Below are positions 34,650 through 48,200 of a stretch of DNA of 64,000 bases, piece after piece (the stretch's first letter is position 1; the number at the start of each line of letters is the position of its first letter). The translations under genes and the position numbers were made by a program. This DNA is from Squalus acanthias (lineage: Eukaryota): contig CM059431.1 of the NCBI GenBank assembly GCA_030390025.1, forward strand, positions 151,034,001-151,098,000, given 5' to 3'. The notes below the pieces were generated by a model that worked only from the letters and a program-made list of their open reading frames with translations, had not been told where the DNA came from and did not search any database.

Positions 34650-37600
34650 AATGTATTCCTCTTTCCAGACCCTCAATTGTTTCTTTATGTCTTTATTCAT
34701 CATGGAGTCTCATTGGTGTTTAGCTTGTTCTTGTATTTTTTAGCAGAATATATGTTTCCTGCACTCCATTTACACCGTTTTAAATGTTTCACATTGCTGT
34801 TCTACATCATTGTTTGCCAATATTGCTGTCCATTTTGTTTTCCCAAGTTCTATTCACAGTCCCTCAAAATCGTGTTTTCTACAATATATTACCCTGGTCT
34901 TCATCATACTTACATCAGCCTGATTTATTACTTTAACGCGCCTTATATTATGATTACTATTGCCGAGATGTTCCCCAATTTGAATTCTCTTATCTGCTCT
35001 GGCTCATTCCCCAATACCAAATCCAGTAGCAAATCGTCCTTTGTTTGGCTTCTTAAATATTGTATCAGAAAGGTGTCCTGTGCTCATTGTATGAACTCCT
35101 ATCTCCTTACACCCTTTACCTGCCTCTTCTGGCCTACTCAGTTTAGGGTATTTGAAAACTGCCATGATTATTATTTTATATAGTTTTTTAATAATTTCCC
35201 TAATTTGTTTGCATATTTCTTCCTCCACCTCTCCTCCACTATTTGATGGTGTGTAGGCTAGGCCTATAAGAGTGATTGATCATTTATTATCTTTTATCTC
35301 TATCCACACAAATTTAATTTCTGCCTTGCTGATAGCCGAATCATATTTTTCTACAGCTATTATGTTATCTCTAATAAGCACAGCTACTCCACCTCCCTTT
35401 CCCCCACTCTATCTTTTCTAAATATGTTTTACATTGCAATTTCTAATTTCCAGTCCTGATTTTTCTGCAGACATGTCTCAGTAATCCTTAATATATCTCA
35501 TTCCTCGCAACAAATTATTGCCTCCAGTTCCCCTGTTTTCTTACGGGCACTGTGTGCATTGTTGTACAGACAGTTTAACTCATTTTTAAAAGCAGTTTCT
35601 CTCACTTTATTTATCCATCGTTTTACTCTCCAGTTCTGCAGCTCTATGTATTCCCTGGCCATCTATGTCCTCCCTTAGTTTTATCCTTCCTATGCTGTCC
35701 TTTCCGGTTTCGTTTACACATAGGTTTGTTTCATTTCTTGTAGATCCCTTGTTACGAATGCTTTGTGCATTCAGATAAAAAAACTTTAGTTTTAACATTT
35801 TACCATTATTCCCTGCTTTCACCTTATTCGCTGATGCCGTTAAGCTCGCTGAACGTTCCTGTCGTACTCGTCTTATCTTTACCCAAATTGCCATACTGCT
35901 CCATTGCCTTAACTTTTCTCTTCAGATATCTAAATTTTGCTTCAACTGACTCCACCCCTAATTTTTAGTTTAAAGCCCCAACTACAGCCCAAGTTATTCG
36001 ATTCGACAGAACACAGGTTCCAGCCCGGTTGAGTGGAGCCCGTCCCAATGGAGCAGCTCTCTCCTTCTCCAGTACTGGTGCTAGTGCCCCTTGAATCGAA
36101 ACCTCTTCCTTTCACACCACTATTTGATCCACACATTTAACTCTCTGAGCTGCTTATCCAATTTGCACGTGGCTCAGGTAACAATCCAGTTTGAATTACC
36201 TTTTAGATTCTGCGTTTTAATTCGGACCCGAGCTCCTCAAGATCTCTCAGCAAAACCCCATTTCTAGTTCTACATATGCCGTTGGATCCGAAGTGGACCA
36301 TTACAACAGGATCCTCATTCACACATTCCAAATTCAGCTCCATCCGCGAGGAGGTATCCTTAACCTTGGCACGGGGCCAGGAACACAGCCTTCGGAACTC
36401 CCAGTCACGGCTGCAGGGAACAGTATCTATCCCCCTGACTATACTGTACCCGACAACTACACCATTAATTTTCACTCCCCCCACTTGAGCATGGCTCCCT
36501 GTACCACGGTGCCGTCGTCAGTTTGATCATCCACCCTGCAGGCTTTGCCCTTATCCACACAGGCTGCAAGAACCTCATACCTGCCTGTATGAGGGCAAAG
36601 GCCGAGGCTCCTCCGGCATTGCACGTGGGGTCCCCTTACCTGCCTGAGTCGCAGTGACACCCTCCTGTCCCTGACCACTAACCAGGCCTGTGCCACTACC
36701 TAACCTAAGGGGTGCGACTGCCTCCTGGAACAAAGTGTCCAGGTAACTCTCCCCCGCCCTGATGCCGCGCAATGTCTTCACCTCAGACTCCAACTCAACA
36801 ACTCTGAGCTGAAGTTCCTCGAGGTGCAAGCACTAACTGCAGACGTGGTCGGCAGGGATCGCAAAGCTCTCCACAAGCTTCCACATGATGCAGTCGCGGC
36901 TCAGCACCTGCACTGCCATCCCTATATAACTTAGTTTTAGTTATTTAATGAATTAACGTTTATCTGTTCAATTAACTTAGCTCTAATTTAGTTTTTAACT
37001 ACTTAATAGATCTAGTTTAAGTTAGAGGTAGAACCCAATTCTCTAACTTAGATAGCAAATAACAAAACCCTGTAATACTCACCAACCAAATACCTTCCTT
37101 CTGTCCTGTGTCTTAACTGCTTGATTTTTGAAGTTGTTGTTTTTGAATTGCCGGAATAAATGTACCGCTGCGGCTCAGCTCCGCTCTGACCGAGGCCTCT
37201 TCTCCCGCTGCATTTATGTTGTCGCATCTCCTCTTGCTGCCGCTCAGGCCCGCTCTCATGGTTCTGTCCTTTCTGGCACTGAGCAATTAGAGGAATGTAT
37301 TTGATAGTTTGGCCACTACTCGAAACATAGTAACCATGCAGGGGGAGATGCTAATCAAACATCGACTGAAATCTTACCCCTTCTCCCAGCTTCGGGTAGA
37401 TAGCCAGAAAGGGCAGGACTGGCTTGTATCGGATGCCTCCAACTGCCTGATCTTGGGTTACCGCTGTGTGTGCGGAGGTGAGGTTTTGCCAGTGAGTGCG
37501 ATACCAGCATGCGATGTGCACAATGACGATGCCCTGAAAAATGAGTCCAAGTCATTGTTAGTCACGGTGACAACAGCACGACCTGAAGCGGCTATTGTGG

Positions 37601-39204
37601 CGCTGGAACGAGTAACGTGTAAAACAAATGAGTGGAGATCTGCAGAAGAGAATAGATCGAGATAGATATATGATGCTGATGAGATGTTGTTTAATGTTGA
37701 ACTTTAGTAATCGAACGCAAACAGAGGGGGGATTGTAAGGAAATATTTACTCAGACGGCCCAAAAGTTTGCTAATGTTTTACAGTATTTGTGTATATTTC
37801 TATAGCCTTAACGTTAATATTTAGCCTTTGTCTGTTAAGCAGGGAAGTAGAAGTCAATTTAAAGTTTCAGTGGACTGCTGGGCCGTGGGCTGACCCTGCA
37901 GTAATGTTCAGTCTCAGAATGAAGCAACACGAGATTTCATTAAACACATGCCTTTGCAAACTGATTCATACATTTCAGAGACATTTACCCAGTTGTAAAC
38001 AATCTGGAGTGACAGTTAGTTCCAGGAAGGCAAACATCGGGGCAAGTGTTATCATTTGAATTGTTAGGAATGATCCAAAAACAAAGGCAGCTTAATAATG
38101 AACGGTTTCACATGGAAGAATTGAATGCTTTGGATCAAGAGCGAAACTATCGATAAGGGAACAACTCCGAGGTAACTACAATGTAAGCCCACCAGACAAG
38201 GGGATCGTTCAGTAAAGAAAACTCTCCTTATTGATCAAGGATAAGTCGCTGAAAGTCTCCTTATACGGAGTTACATTTTAAATTTCATGTAGTTATATAA
38301 TGCAACATTTTGTGGATGGTCACGGAGAGGGAGTGAAACAATTGTAATACAACTGGTTGTTTGTACTGCGTATTCCGATTCGTGAAAGCCTGAGATACTG
38401 AGCTCAGAACTGTAAGAATTCTCAATCCCTAACCAACCATCATCAGGTGTGGCTGTAATTTTTACCGTTCAACTGTATGTTTAAGTACTATTGCATATAC
38501 TATGTGCTCAATCAACCTATGAACCCTTAGTCCAATTTTCCAGAACCTTATTGAAAACTTTACTTTAACCACAGCCTTAGTACTTTAATTGTCAGTGTGA
38601 ATAAGTGCCCCCTTTAACCGTCACTGTTTCACGTTCCACTTTGTGCTGACGTTCTCAAAACAAACAAACTCCACATGGTTTCAGGTACCGGGGAGCACAG
38701 GTTCTACCAATATGGCTCGCATCCAGCTTCTGGGGGAAAAGGTGATTAGTTGCTGTTCGTTCTGTGTAATGGGCAGATTTTCATTGAACTGGATTCAGAC
38801 GACCAACAGATAAAACTAAGGGTCAGGCAGCAGGCAAAGGTTTTAATTCCGTCAGTCGGCAATGTGTCTACAATCCAGCTACAATCGAGAGCACATACAT
38901 CCAATATCAACTGGTAAACCAGAACGCAAAGGCATGCAAAGGTTTACCATTGCATTACCGTTTCACATTCATTCCCATATGGTTGTGATTCTTCGCTCCT
39001 GTATCTAATTAAAAGTTGTTGGGTTCCAGTGAGCCCCTCTATTTGTTACTCAACAGTTACTGTGTGTCCCTGATATTTTCCTCTCCTCTATTTCTAAATA
39101 AACCGTTGCTGTGTTCCCCTCAATTCCCATATCCGTCAAACATGGCCAACTGCACGTCAGACAGCCAGCGGACACGTTCCTCAAGCACAGAGCGAGAGAG
39201 TCTA

Positions 39205-39822
39205 ACGCTGACTGAATTTCAGGGGCACACATAGACTGCAGACAGAGTCGCACAGACTGATGTCCCACAGACTGCAGACAGAGTCACGCGGACTGACGGC
39301 ACACAGACTGCAGACAAATCACACATTCTAACGTCACGCAGACTGCAGACAGAATCAAATAGACTGAATTCACAAAGACTGAAGACTTACACAGACAGAC
39401 GTCACACATACTGCAGACAGTCACAGACTGACGTCACACAGACGGCACACAGAGTCACACAGACTGACGTCACACAGACTGCAGGCAAAGTCACACAGAC
39501 TGACGTCACACTGTGCAGACAGTCACAGACTGACGTCATACAGACTGGAGACAGTCACAAAGAGTGATGTCACACAGACTGTAGACAGGCACACCACTGC
39601 AGACTGACGTCACGCAGCCTGAAGACTGACGTCACACATGCTGTAGACTGACGTCGCACAGGCGGTTCTGTTACATCACACAGACTTTGACTGACGTCAC
39701 ACTGACTGCAGGCAGCCGTCACAGGCTTCCAACTGACGCCACATTGGCTGCATGGTGACGTCGCACAGACTACAGCCTGTCACACAGACTGACGACTGAC
39801 GTCACACAGACTGCAGACTGCA
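39205..39822 (+). repeat. Compound minisatellite of CACACAGACTGACGT and CACACAGACTGCAGACAGAGT units
   Basis: Repeated acagactg, tgacgtca and ctgcag words over ~620 bp. Confidence 0.9.
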
Positions 39823-39824
39823 CG

Positions 39825-40200
39825 GTGTAACCAGGGAACCCACATCCAAGTCGTTAATATATATCAAGAAAAGCAGTGGTACTACAACCGACCCCTAGGG
39901 AAGACCACTGTATACCTTCCACCAGTCGGAAAAACAAACATTCACCACTTATCTCTGTTTCGTGTCACTTAACCAATTCCGTGTCCATGCTGGCACTGTC
40001 TTTTTTATTCCATGGGCTTCAACTTTGCTGGCAAGCCTACTATGTGGCACTTTGTCGAATGCCTTTTGGAAATCCATGTAAACCACGTCAACCACATTGC
40101 CCTCATCAACCCTCTCTTTTACCTCATCAAAAAGCATGATCAAGTTGGTTAAACACGATTTGCATTTAACAATCCGTGCTGGCTTTCTTTAATTAATCAA
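39825..40200 (-). mobile_element. CR1 LINE A (outermost), RT portion
   Basis: ORF 39949-40143 VDEGNVVDVVYMDFQKAFDKVPH; the reading continues from 48675-49320. Confidence 0.88.
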
Positions 40201-40204
40201 AACT

Positions 40205-41140
40205 TAGAACATAAGAACATAAGAAATTGGAGCAGGATTGGCCATTCGGCCCTTCGATCCTGCTCCGTCATTCAATGAGATCATGGCTGATCTTCTGCCT
40301 CAACTCCATTCACCGGCCCTATCACCACATCCCTTGATGCCCTTACTAGTCAGACATCTATCGACTTCTGTTTTGAATATACCCAATGACTGAGCCTCCA
40401 CAGCCCTCTGGGGTAGAGTATTCCAAAGATTCACCACCCTCTGCTTGAATAAATTATTTTTCATCACAGTCCTGAATGGCCTACCCTTTATCTTGAGGCT
40501 GTGGTCCCTGGTTCTAGACTCCCCAGCTAAGGGAAACAGTCTCCCAGCATCCATCCTATCAAGCTCTGCAATAATTTTGTATGCTTCATTGAAATCCCCT
40601 CTCATTCTTCTGAATTCAAGAGAATACAGGCTTAGTTTACTCAATCTCTTCTCATACGACACTCCCACCATCGCAGCAATCAATCTCGTGAAACTTCGTT
40701 GCACTCCCTCTATGGCAAGTATATCCATCCTTAGCTAAGGAGACCAAAATTATACACAGTACTCCAGGTGTAGTCTCGCCAAGTCCCTATATAATTGGAG
40801 TAAGACTTCTTTACTCCTGTACTCAAATCCTCTTGTAATGAAGGCCAGCATACCATTTGCCTTCCGAATCGCGTGCTGCACCTGCACATTCATTTTCAGG
40901 GACTCATGTACAAGGACACCCAGGTCCCTTTGAGCATCTGCATTCCCCAGTCTTTCACCATTTAGGAAATAATCTGACTTTCTGTTTTTTTATCCAAAGT
41001 GGATAACTTCACATTTATCAATATTATATTCCATCTGCCATGTTCTCGCCCACTCACTGAGCCTGCCGAGATCCCCTTGAAGCCTCTTCGCAACTGACAC
41101 TGCCACCTAGCTTTGTATCATCAGCAAATTTGGAACTGTT
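40205..41140 (-). mobile_element. CR1 LINE B (middle), 3' part
   Basis: 3' tail repeat aacataag; ORF 40300-40728 EGVQRSFTRL…LEFRRMRGD; breaks at SKFADD (41115-41135). Confidence 0.92.
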
Positions 41141-41242
41141 ACATAGATTACATAGATTACATAGAAGATAGGAGCAGGAGTAGGCCATCCGGTCCTTCGA
41201 GCCTGCTCCGCCATTTAATGAGATCATGGCTGATCCTCCAAT

Positions 41243-44097
41243 TCAGTATCCCGTCCCTACCTTCTCTCCGTAACCCTTAACCCCTTTTGCCTGTAGAAAT
41301 ATATCTAATTCCCTCTTAAATATATTTAATGAGCTGGCGTACACTGCCCTCTGTGGCAATGAGTTCCACAGGTTCACCACCCTCTGAGTGAAGAAATTCC
41401 CCCTCATTTCTGTCCTAAATGGTTTAGCCCTTATCCTTAAATTATGTCCTCTAGTTCTGTTCTCACCCGCCAAGGGAAACATTCCTTCTGCATCTAGTCT
41501 GTCTATACCTGTCAGAATTTTATACACTTCTATGAGGTCCCCTCTCAATCTTCTAAACTCCAGTGTGTACATCCCTAAACTACATAGTCTCTCCTCATAG
41601 GTCAATCCCGCCATTCCTGGTATCAGCCTGGTGAATCGCCGCTGCACCCCCTCCATGGCAAGAACATCTTTCCTCAGATGAGACGACCAAAACTGTACAC
41701 AGTACTCGAGGTGTGGTCTCAGCAGTGCCCTGTACAGCTGCAGCAAGGTATCCCTGTTCCTGTATTCCAACCCTTTTGCTATGAAGGCCAGCATACCGTT
41801 TGCCTTCTTGATCGCCTGTTGCACCTGCATGCTCGCCTTCAGTGACTGGTGTACAAGAACACCCAGGTCTCTCTGTACTTCCCCTTCTCCCAATTTATTG
41901 CCATTTAAATAATAATTTGCCCTCCCGTTCCCGCACCCAAGGTGGATAACTTCGCACTTGTCCACATTATAGTGCATATGCCATTTATCCGCCCAATCAC
42001 CCAGTCTGTCCAAATCGCTCTGGAGCTTCCTGGTCTCCTCCACTGAGCCCACCCCCCCTCCTAGTTTAGTGTCGTCTGCAAATTTGGAAATGCTGCATCC
42101 GACTCCCTGATCCAGGTCATTAATGTAAATTGTGAACAGCTGGGGACCCAGGACAGATCCCTGTGGTACCCCACTTGTTACTGCCTGCCATTCAGAAAAT
42201 GAGCCGTTTATTCCAACTCTCTGTTTTCTATCTGACAGCCAGTTCTCTATCCACGTCAATACTTTCCCCTTTATCCCATGAGCTTCAATTTTCCATGCTA
42301 ATCCTTTATGTGGGACCTTATCGAAGACCTTTTGGAAGTCCAGGTACACCACATCTACTGGCTCTCCCCCATCTATTTTACCAGTTACTCCCTCAAAAAT
42401 TCCAATAGATTAGTCAAGCACGATTTAACCATGTTGACTCTGTCCTATCCTGTCCCCATTTGCTAAGTGCTCCACTATTTCATCCTTAATGATGGACTCC
42501 AGCATTTTGCCCACAACTGATGTAAGGCTTACAGGTCTGTAATTACCTGCTTTTTCCCTACCCCCCTTTTTGAATAGTGGGGTAACGTTAGCTACCCTCC
42601 AATCCATGGGCACTGTTCCCGAGTCTAATGAATTCTGAAAAATCATACTTAGTGCATCCGCTATCTCTAGGGCCACCTCCTTCAGTACCCTAGGATGCAT
42701 GTTATCAGGCCCTGGGGATTTGTCCGCCTTCAATCCCTTTAGCTTCGTTAACACCATATCCTTAGAGATATTGATTTGCGTCAGTTCCTCCTTTGCCAAT
42801 GTCCCTATTTTTCCCGATATCCCAGGGAGGTTTTTTGTGTCTTCCTTCGTAAAGACTGACCCAAAGTATGCATTTAGTTGATCTGCCATTTCCTTATTTC
42901 CCGTTATATATCCCCCGTATCTGACTGCAATGGACCAACTTTGGTTTTCACCAGTCTTTTCCTCTTGATATACTTATAAATGCTTTTGGAGTTAGTTTTT
43001 ATATTTTCCGCCAGCTTGCTTTCGTAAGCTATTTTGCCCCTCTTGATTAAGACCTTTGTCCTCCTTTGCTCTATCTTAAACTGTTCCCAATCTTCCGCTG
43101 TGGCGCTTTTTTTGGCTATTTTATACGCCCTATCTTTGGATTTTATGCTGTCTCTAATTTCCCCTGTTATCCACGTTTGAGTCACCTTTTTAGATTTCCT
43201 TTTATGCCAGATTGGTATAAACAGTTTTTGCAATTTTGTCATTCTATCTTTAAATGCTTGCCATTGTTTATCTACCTCCAGTCCTCCCAGGAACGTTGTC
43301 CAATCAGACCTACTCAGTTCCCGTCTAATGGAATCATAATTCCCCTTGTTTAAATTCAGGACCTTAGTCTCTGAGTCAATTTCTTCGCTCTCCATTTCGA
43401 GTGAGAAATCGATCATGTTATGATCGCTCTGACCCAAGGGTCCCCGTACAACAAGATTACTAATTAGTCCCTTCTCATTGCACAGTACCCAGTCCAATAT
43501 AGCCTGTTCCCGAGTTGGTTCCTCGACATATTGATCCAGATAACCATCCCTTAAACACTCAAGGAATTCCTCCTCCTCATTATTTTTACTGATTAGGCTA
43601 GTACAATCTATATGTAAGTTAAAGTCACCTATGATGACAGCTGTGCTCTTATTGCACGCTTCTCTAATTTCCCTCGTGATGCCCTCCCCAACCTCTATTT
43701 TACTATTTGGAGGCCTATATACCACTCCTATTAATGTTTTTCGCCCCTCGCTATTTCTTAGCTCCACGCATATAGATTCTGTATTAACTGAGTTAATATC
43801 CTTCCTTTCAATTGCATTTATCCCCTCTTTTACCAGCAATGCTACACCTCCTCCCTTTCTTTTTTGTCGATCCTTCCTAAATACTGAATACCCCTGTATG
43901 TTAAGCTCCCAGCCCTGCTCACCCTGCAACCATGTTTCCGTAATCCCAATTAGATCATAATTATTAACCTCTATTTCCACAGCTAATTCATCTACCTTGT
44001 TCCTGATGCTTCTCGCATTAAGGTATAAAACCCTCAGGCTTTTTTTATGCTCACATTTTTTATGAATTAGTTTGGCCCTTTGTTTTTTGTTCCTCAC
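41243..44097 (-). pseudogene. LINE C ORF2 (APE endonuclease and reverse transcriptase), broken in two places
   Basis: YLNARSIRNK, ITETW, GDFN and SDH (endonuclease); YRPVSLTS, YLDFQKVFD, GVPQGSVLGP and FADD (RT). Frame breaks at ~42904 and ~42425. Confidence 0.92.
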
Positions 44098-44171
44098 CCT
44101 TTTACCATTTATTTCTGTCTGCCTTTCACTTTCCTCTATTTCACTACATAGGTTTATAGCCCCCTGCCATA

Positions 44172-45120
44172 CTAGTTTAAATGCTCCCGAACTGCTTTAT
44201 CAAAAATTACCCCGAGAACATCAGTTCCATCTTTGCACAGGTGTAGACCGTCCCTTTTGTATAGGTCACACCTACCACAAAACTGGTTCCAATGCCTCAA
44301 AAATTTAAAAGCCTCCCTCTTACACCACTGCTCAAGCCACGTATTTAGCCTAACTATCCTGTTCTCTGTACTCTTACTAGCACGTGGCACTGGTAGTAAT
44401 CCAGAGATTACTACCTTCGAGGTCCTACTTTTTAGCTTGGCTCCTAACTCCCTAAATTCTACTTATAGGACCTCTTCACTTTTTTTAGCTACGTCGTTGG
44501 TACCAACATGTATCACGACAACTGGCTGTTCCCCCTCCCCCTCCAGAATGTTCTGCACCCGCGCCGAGACATCCTTGACCCTTGCACCAGGGAGGCAACA
44601 TACCAACCTGGAGTCTCGGTCGCGACCACAGAAACCCCTATCTATTCCCCTTACAATCGAATCCCCTATTATTATAGCCCTGCCACTCTTTTTCCCTCCC
44701 TTCTTTGGAACAGAGCCAGTCATGGTGCCATGAGCCTGGCTGCTGGTGCCTCCCCCCGATGAGTCATCCCCCCCGACAACAGCACCTAAGGCGGTGAAGC
44801 CTGTTGCTAAGGGAGACAACCCCAGGGGATTTCTGCACTACCTTCCTGCCCTTGCTCTGCCTTTTGGTCACCCATGTACTATCTACGCTGGCATTAACCT
44901 GCGGTGTGACCAACTCACTAAATGTGCTATCCACAACCCTCTCAGAATCGTGGATGCTCCAAAGTGAGTCCATCCGCAGCTCAAGGACCGTCATGCGGTC
45001 CCACATGAGCTGCAGCTGGACACACTTCCCGCACACATGGTTGTCAGGGACACAGGAAGCGTCCCTGATTTCCCACATGTTACAGGAGGAGCATGACACA
45101 GGTCCGAGCTCTACTGCCAT
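44172..45120 (-). pseudogene. LINE C ORF1 (Cys-rich motif, coiled coil, SGNH/GDSL-type esterase), disrupted
   Basis: CSSC…CGKC, GDSIVR, HVGTND and DGLH across ORFs 44764-45120, 44463-44819 and 44172-44390; one frameshift and one in-frame stop. Confidence 0.88.
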
Positions 45121-45203
45121 GACTTAACCCTTATATTACTTTTTAATTTTCTAGTTTTAGTTTATTTATTGACTTTTGTTTTCCCGAAGCTTACTTAGAC
45201 CAA

Positions 45204-48200
45204 TGTTACATTTAGTCCCCTCATCCAAATCATTGATATAGATTGTGAATAGCTGGGGCCCAAGCACCGATCCTTGCGGTACCCCACCAGTCACAGCCTG
45301 CCATCCTGAAAATGACCCGTTTATCCCTACTCTTTCTTTTCTGTCTGTTAACCAATTCTCAATTGCTGCTAGTATATTACCCCCAATTCCATGTGCCCTA
45401 ATCTTGTTCACCAACCTATTGTGTGGGACATTATCGAAGGCCTTCTGAAAATACAGATACACCACATCTACCGGTTCCCCTTTGTCTACTCCACTAGTTA
45501 AATCCTCAAAGAACTCCAATAGGTTTGTCAAACAGGATTTTCCTTCCATAACTCCATGTTGACTCTGCCCAATCTTACTATTACTTTCTAAGTGCCCAGT
45601 TCTTGCATCCTTTATAATAGATTCCAGCATTTTCCCAACTACTGATGTGAGGCTAAAAGGTCTGTAGTTCCCCGTTTTCTCTCTCCCTCCTTTCTTAAAT
45701 TTGTGGTTACATTTTCCATCCTCCAATCTGCAGGAACCGTTCCAGAAGCTACAGAAATGTGTAAGATGGCAACCAATGCGTTCACTATTCCAATGGCCAC
45801 CTCTTTCAAAACCCTAGGATGTAGTTCATCCGGTCCTTGGGATTTATCGACTTTTAGTCCCATTAATTTTGCTAGTACTGTTTTTTTACTAATAATAATT
45901 TCTTTAAGTTCCTCATTCTCGTCAAACCCTTTGTTTTCTCGTATCTCTGGTAGGTTTTTTGTGTCTTCCTCCGTGAAGACAGAAACAAAGTATTTATGTA
46001 ATTTCTCTGAAGTTTCCTCATTCCCCATTGTAAATTCTCCCGTCTCTGACTGTAAAAGACCTACGTTTACCTTCGCCAGTCTTTTCCTTTTCACATACCT
46101 GTAGAAGATTTTACAATCCGTTTTTATATTTTTCGCTAGTTTGTGCTCATATTCCATTTTCCCTTTCTTTATCAATCCTCTTGCTGACCGCTTTTTCTGG
46201 CAACTTTATAAACTTCCTCCTTTAATTAACTAGCTTTAATTTCTTTTGTTACCCGTGGATGGATCACTTTTCCTTGTGGGTTTTTATGCCCTAGAAGAAT
46301 ATAACTTTGTTGCAAATTATGCATTATTTCCTTGAATGTTAGACATTCTATTTCCACCTTCATAACCTTTAGTTTAGTCTCCCAATCTACCATTGCCAAC
46401 TTATCCCTCATACCCCTGTAGTTTCCTCTGTTTAGTTTCAAGACCTTAGTTTCAGATTGGACTATATTACCCCCAAACTTAAAGTAAAATTCAATCTTAT
46501 TATGGTCACTTGTCCCGAAAGACCCCATTACCACAAGATTTTTGATTAGCCCTTTTTCATTACAGAGTACCAGATCCAGAATAGTCTGTTCCCTGGTTGG
46601 TTCCTCCACATACTGATCCAGGAAATTATCTCGCATGCATTATAATAATCCGTCCTCCACACCATTAGTGGTAATTTGATTTGCCCAGTCAATATGTAGA
46701 TTAAAGTCCCCCATCATTACCGTATTGCTCTTGTTACATGCATTTCTAATCTCTTGATTGATACTGTGCCCTACATTACCATTACTGTTTGGTGCCCAAT
46801 ACACTACTCCCAACAATGTTTTCCGCCCTTTGCTGTTTCTTAACTCCACACAAACTGACTTCAGTTCTACATCACGATCTGCCAAGCCAAGATCTTTTAT
46901 CTCTACCGTACCGATCTCATCCCTTATTAACAGCGCTACGCCACCTCCTTTTCCTTTTTGTCTGTTCTTCATAAATGTTGAGTACCCTGGAACATTCAGT
47001 GCCCAGCTTTGGTTACTCTGCAACCATGTCTCTATAATGGCAATTACATCATACCCATTTACTTCTATTAGTGCTATTAATTCATCCACCTTGTTGCGAA
47101 TGCTAGGTGCATTTAGATAAAGTGCCTTCATCTTTTTCTGTTTAATATTTTTCTGCACTTTGAACCTCTTTACTTTTGGCCTTTGTTTCTATTCCCTACT
47201 AGTTTTGCTAACTACTTTTCTAACGTGCTCATCCAGCTTTGTTTCTCTCAGTTCTTGGCCCAAAACATAGGCTATCAGCCCCCTGACAAACTAGTTTAAA
47301 TTCTTCCCAACAGTAGTATCAATCCCCCCTGGGAGGATGTTGGTCCCGCTTCTGCCGAAGAGTAACCCGTCCAGCTTGTACAGGTGCAATCTTCCCCAGA
47401 TTCGATCCCAATGCCTCAGGAATTTAAATCCCTCCCTCCTGCACTATCTCCCCAGCCACGCATTAATCTGGTCTATTCTCCTATTTCTGCTCTCGCTAGC
47501 ACGTGGAACTGGGAGTAATCCTGAGATTACTACCTTTGAGGTCCTGCTTTTTAATTTATTTCCCAGCTCCCTATATTCTGCTTGCAGAACCTCGTCCCTC
47601 TTTCGACCTATGTCATTGGTACCGATATGGACCACGACCTCTGGCTGTTCACCCTCTCCCTTCAGAATGTCCTGCAGCCGATCAATGATATCATTGACCC
47701 TGGCACCAGGGAGGGAACATACTATCCTGGAGTCACGACTGCGGCCACAGAAACTTCTATCTGATCCACTTACGATAGAATCCCTTATCACTATTGCTCT
47801 CCCACCCTTTTTCAGCCCCTCCTGTGCAGCTGAGCCTCTCGCAGTGCCACGGACTTGGCTCTTGCTGCATTCCCCTGAGAAACCATCTCCCCCAGCAGTA
47901 TCCAAAACGCAAAATCTGTTGGAGAGGGAGATGGACGCAGGGGACTCCTGCACTACATTCCTAGTTCTTTTACTCTGTCTGGCGGTCACCCATTCTCTTT
48001 CAGCCTGTGCACTCTTTACCTGCGGTGTGACCACCTCGTTAAACGTGCTATCCACGAAGATCTCAGCCTCGCGGACGCTCCAGAGTGACTCCAGCTGCAG
48101 CTCCAGCTTCGTAACACGTATTTCGAGTAGCTGCAGCTGCATACACTTCCTGCACACGTGTTCTCCCTGGACACAGAAAGCATTCCCACACAGCACAGGA

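Larger units (their letters stand above)
32085..37260 (-). mobile_element. Decayed long CR1-clade LINE (3'UTR, RT, endonuclease, ORF1), apparently a composite of two elements joined near 35745
   Basis: 3' end cagcacagaagcaggccattcggccc at ~32106; RT remnants 32420-33350; endonuclease remnants 35000-35590. ORF1 remnants LEELQLRVVELESE (36575-36829) and VVVGYSIVRGID…HFGSN (36203-36484). Many stops and frameshifts. Confidence 0.88.
41145..45203 (-). mobile_element. CR1 LINE C (innermost), near full length and relatively young, flanked by a tgttacat duplication
   Basis: ORF1 (Cys motif, coiled coil, SGNH esterase) and ORF2 (APE endonuclease and RT) with only a few disruptions; (acatagatt)n 3' tail; tgttacat at 41137-41144 and 45204-45211. 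Confidence 0.96.

Noticed and set aside
34557..35183. 208-aa hydrophobic ORF
   Set aside because: Antisense to decayed CR1 ORF2 and starting inside the TIR element; no recognisable domain.
38100..39200. Unique-looking non-coding stretch
   Set aside because: No ORF, repeat, RNA motif or internal homology that I could support by eye.
41243..45120. LINE C as an active autonomous element or a novel RT system
   Set aside because: Ordinary CR1-clade architecture, with two breaks in ORF2, two in ORF1 and a very short 5'UTR.
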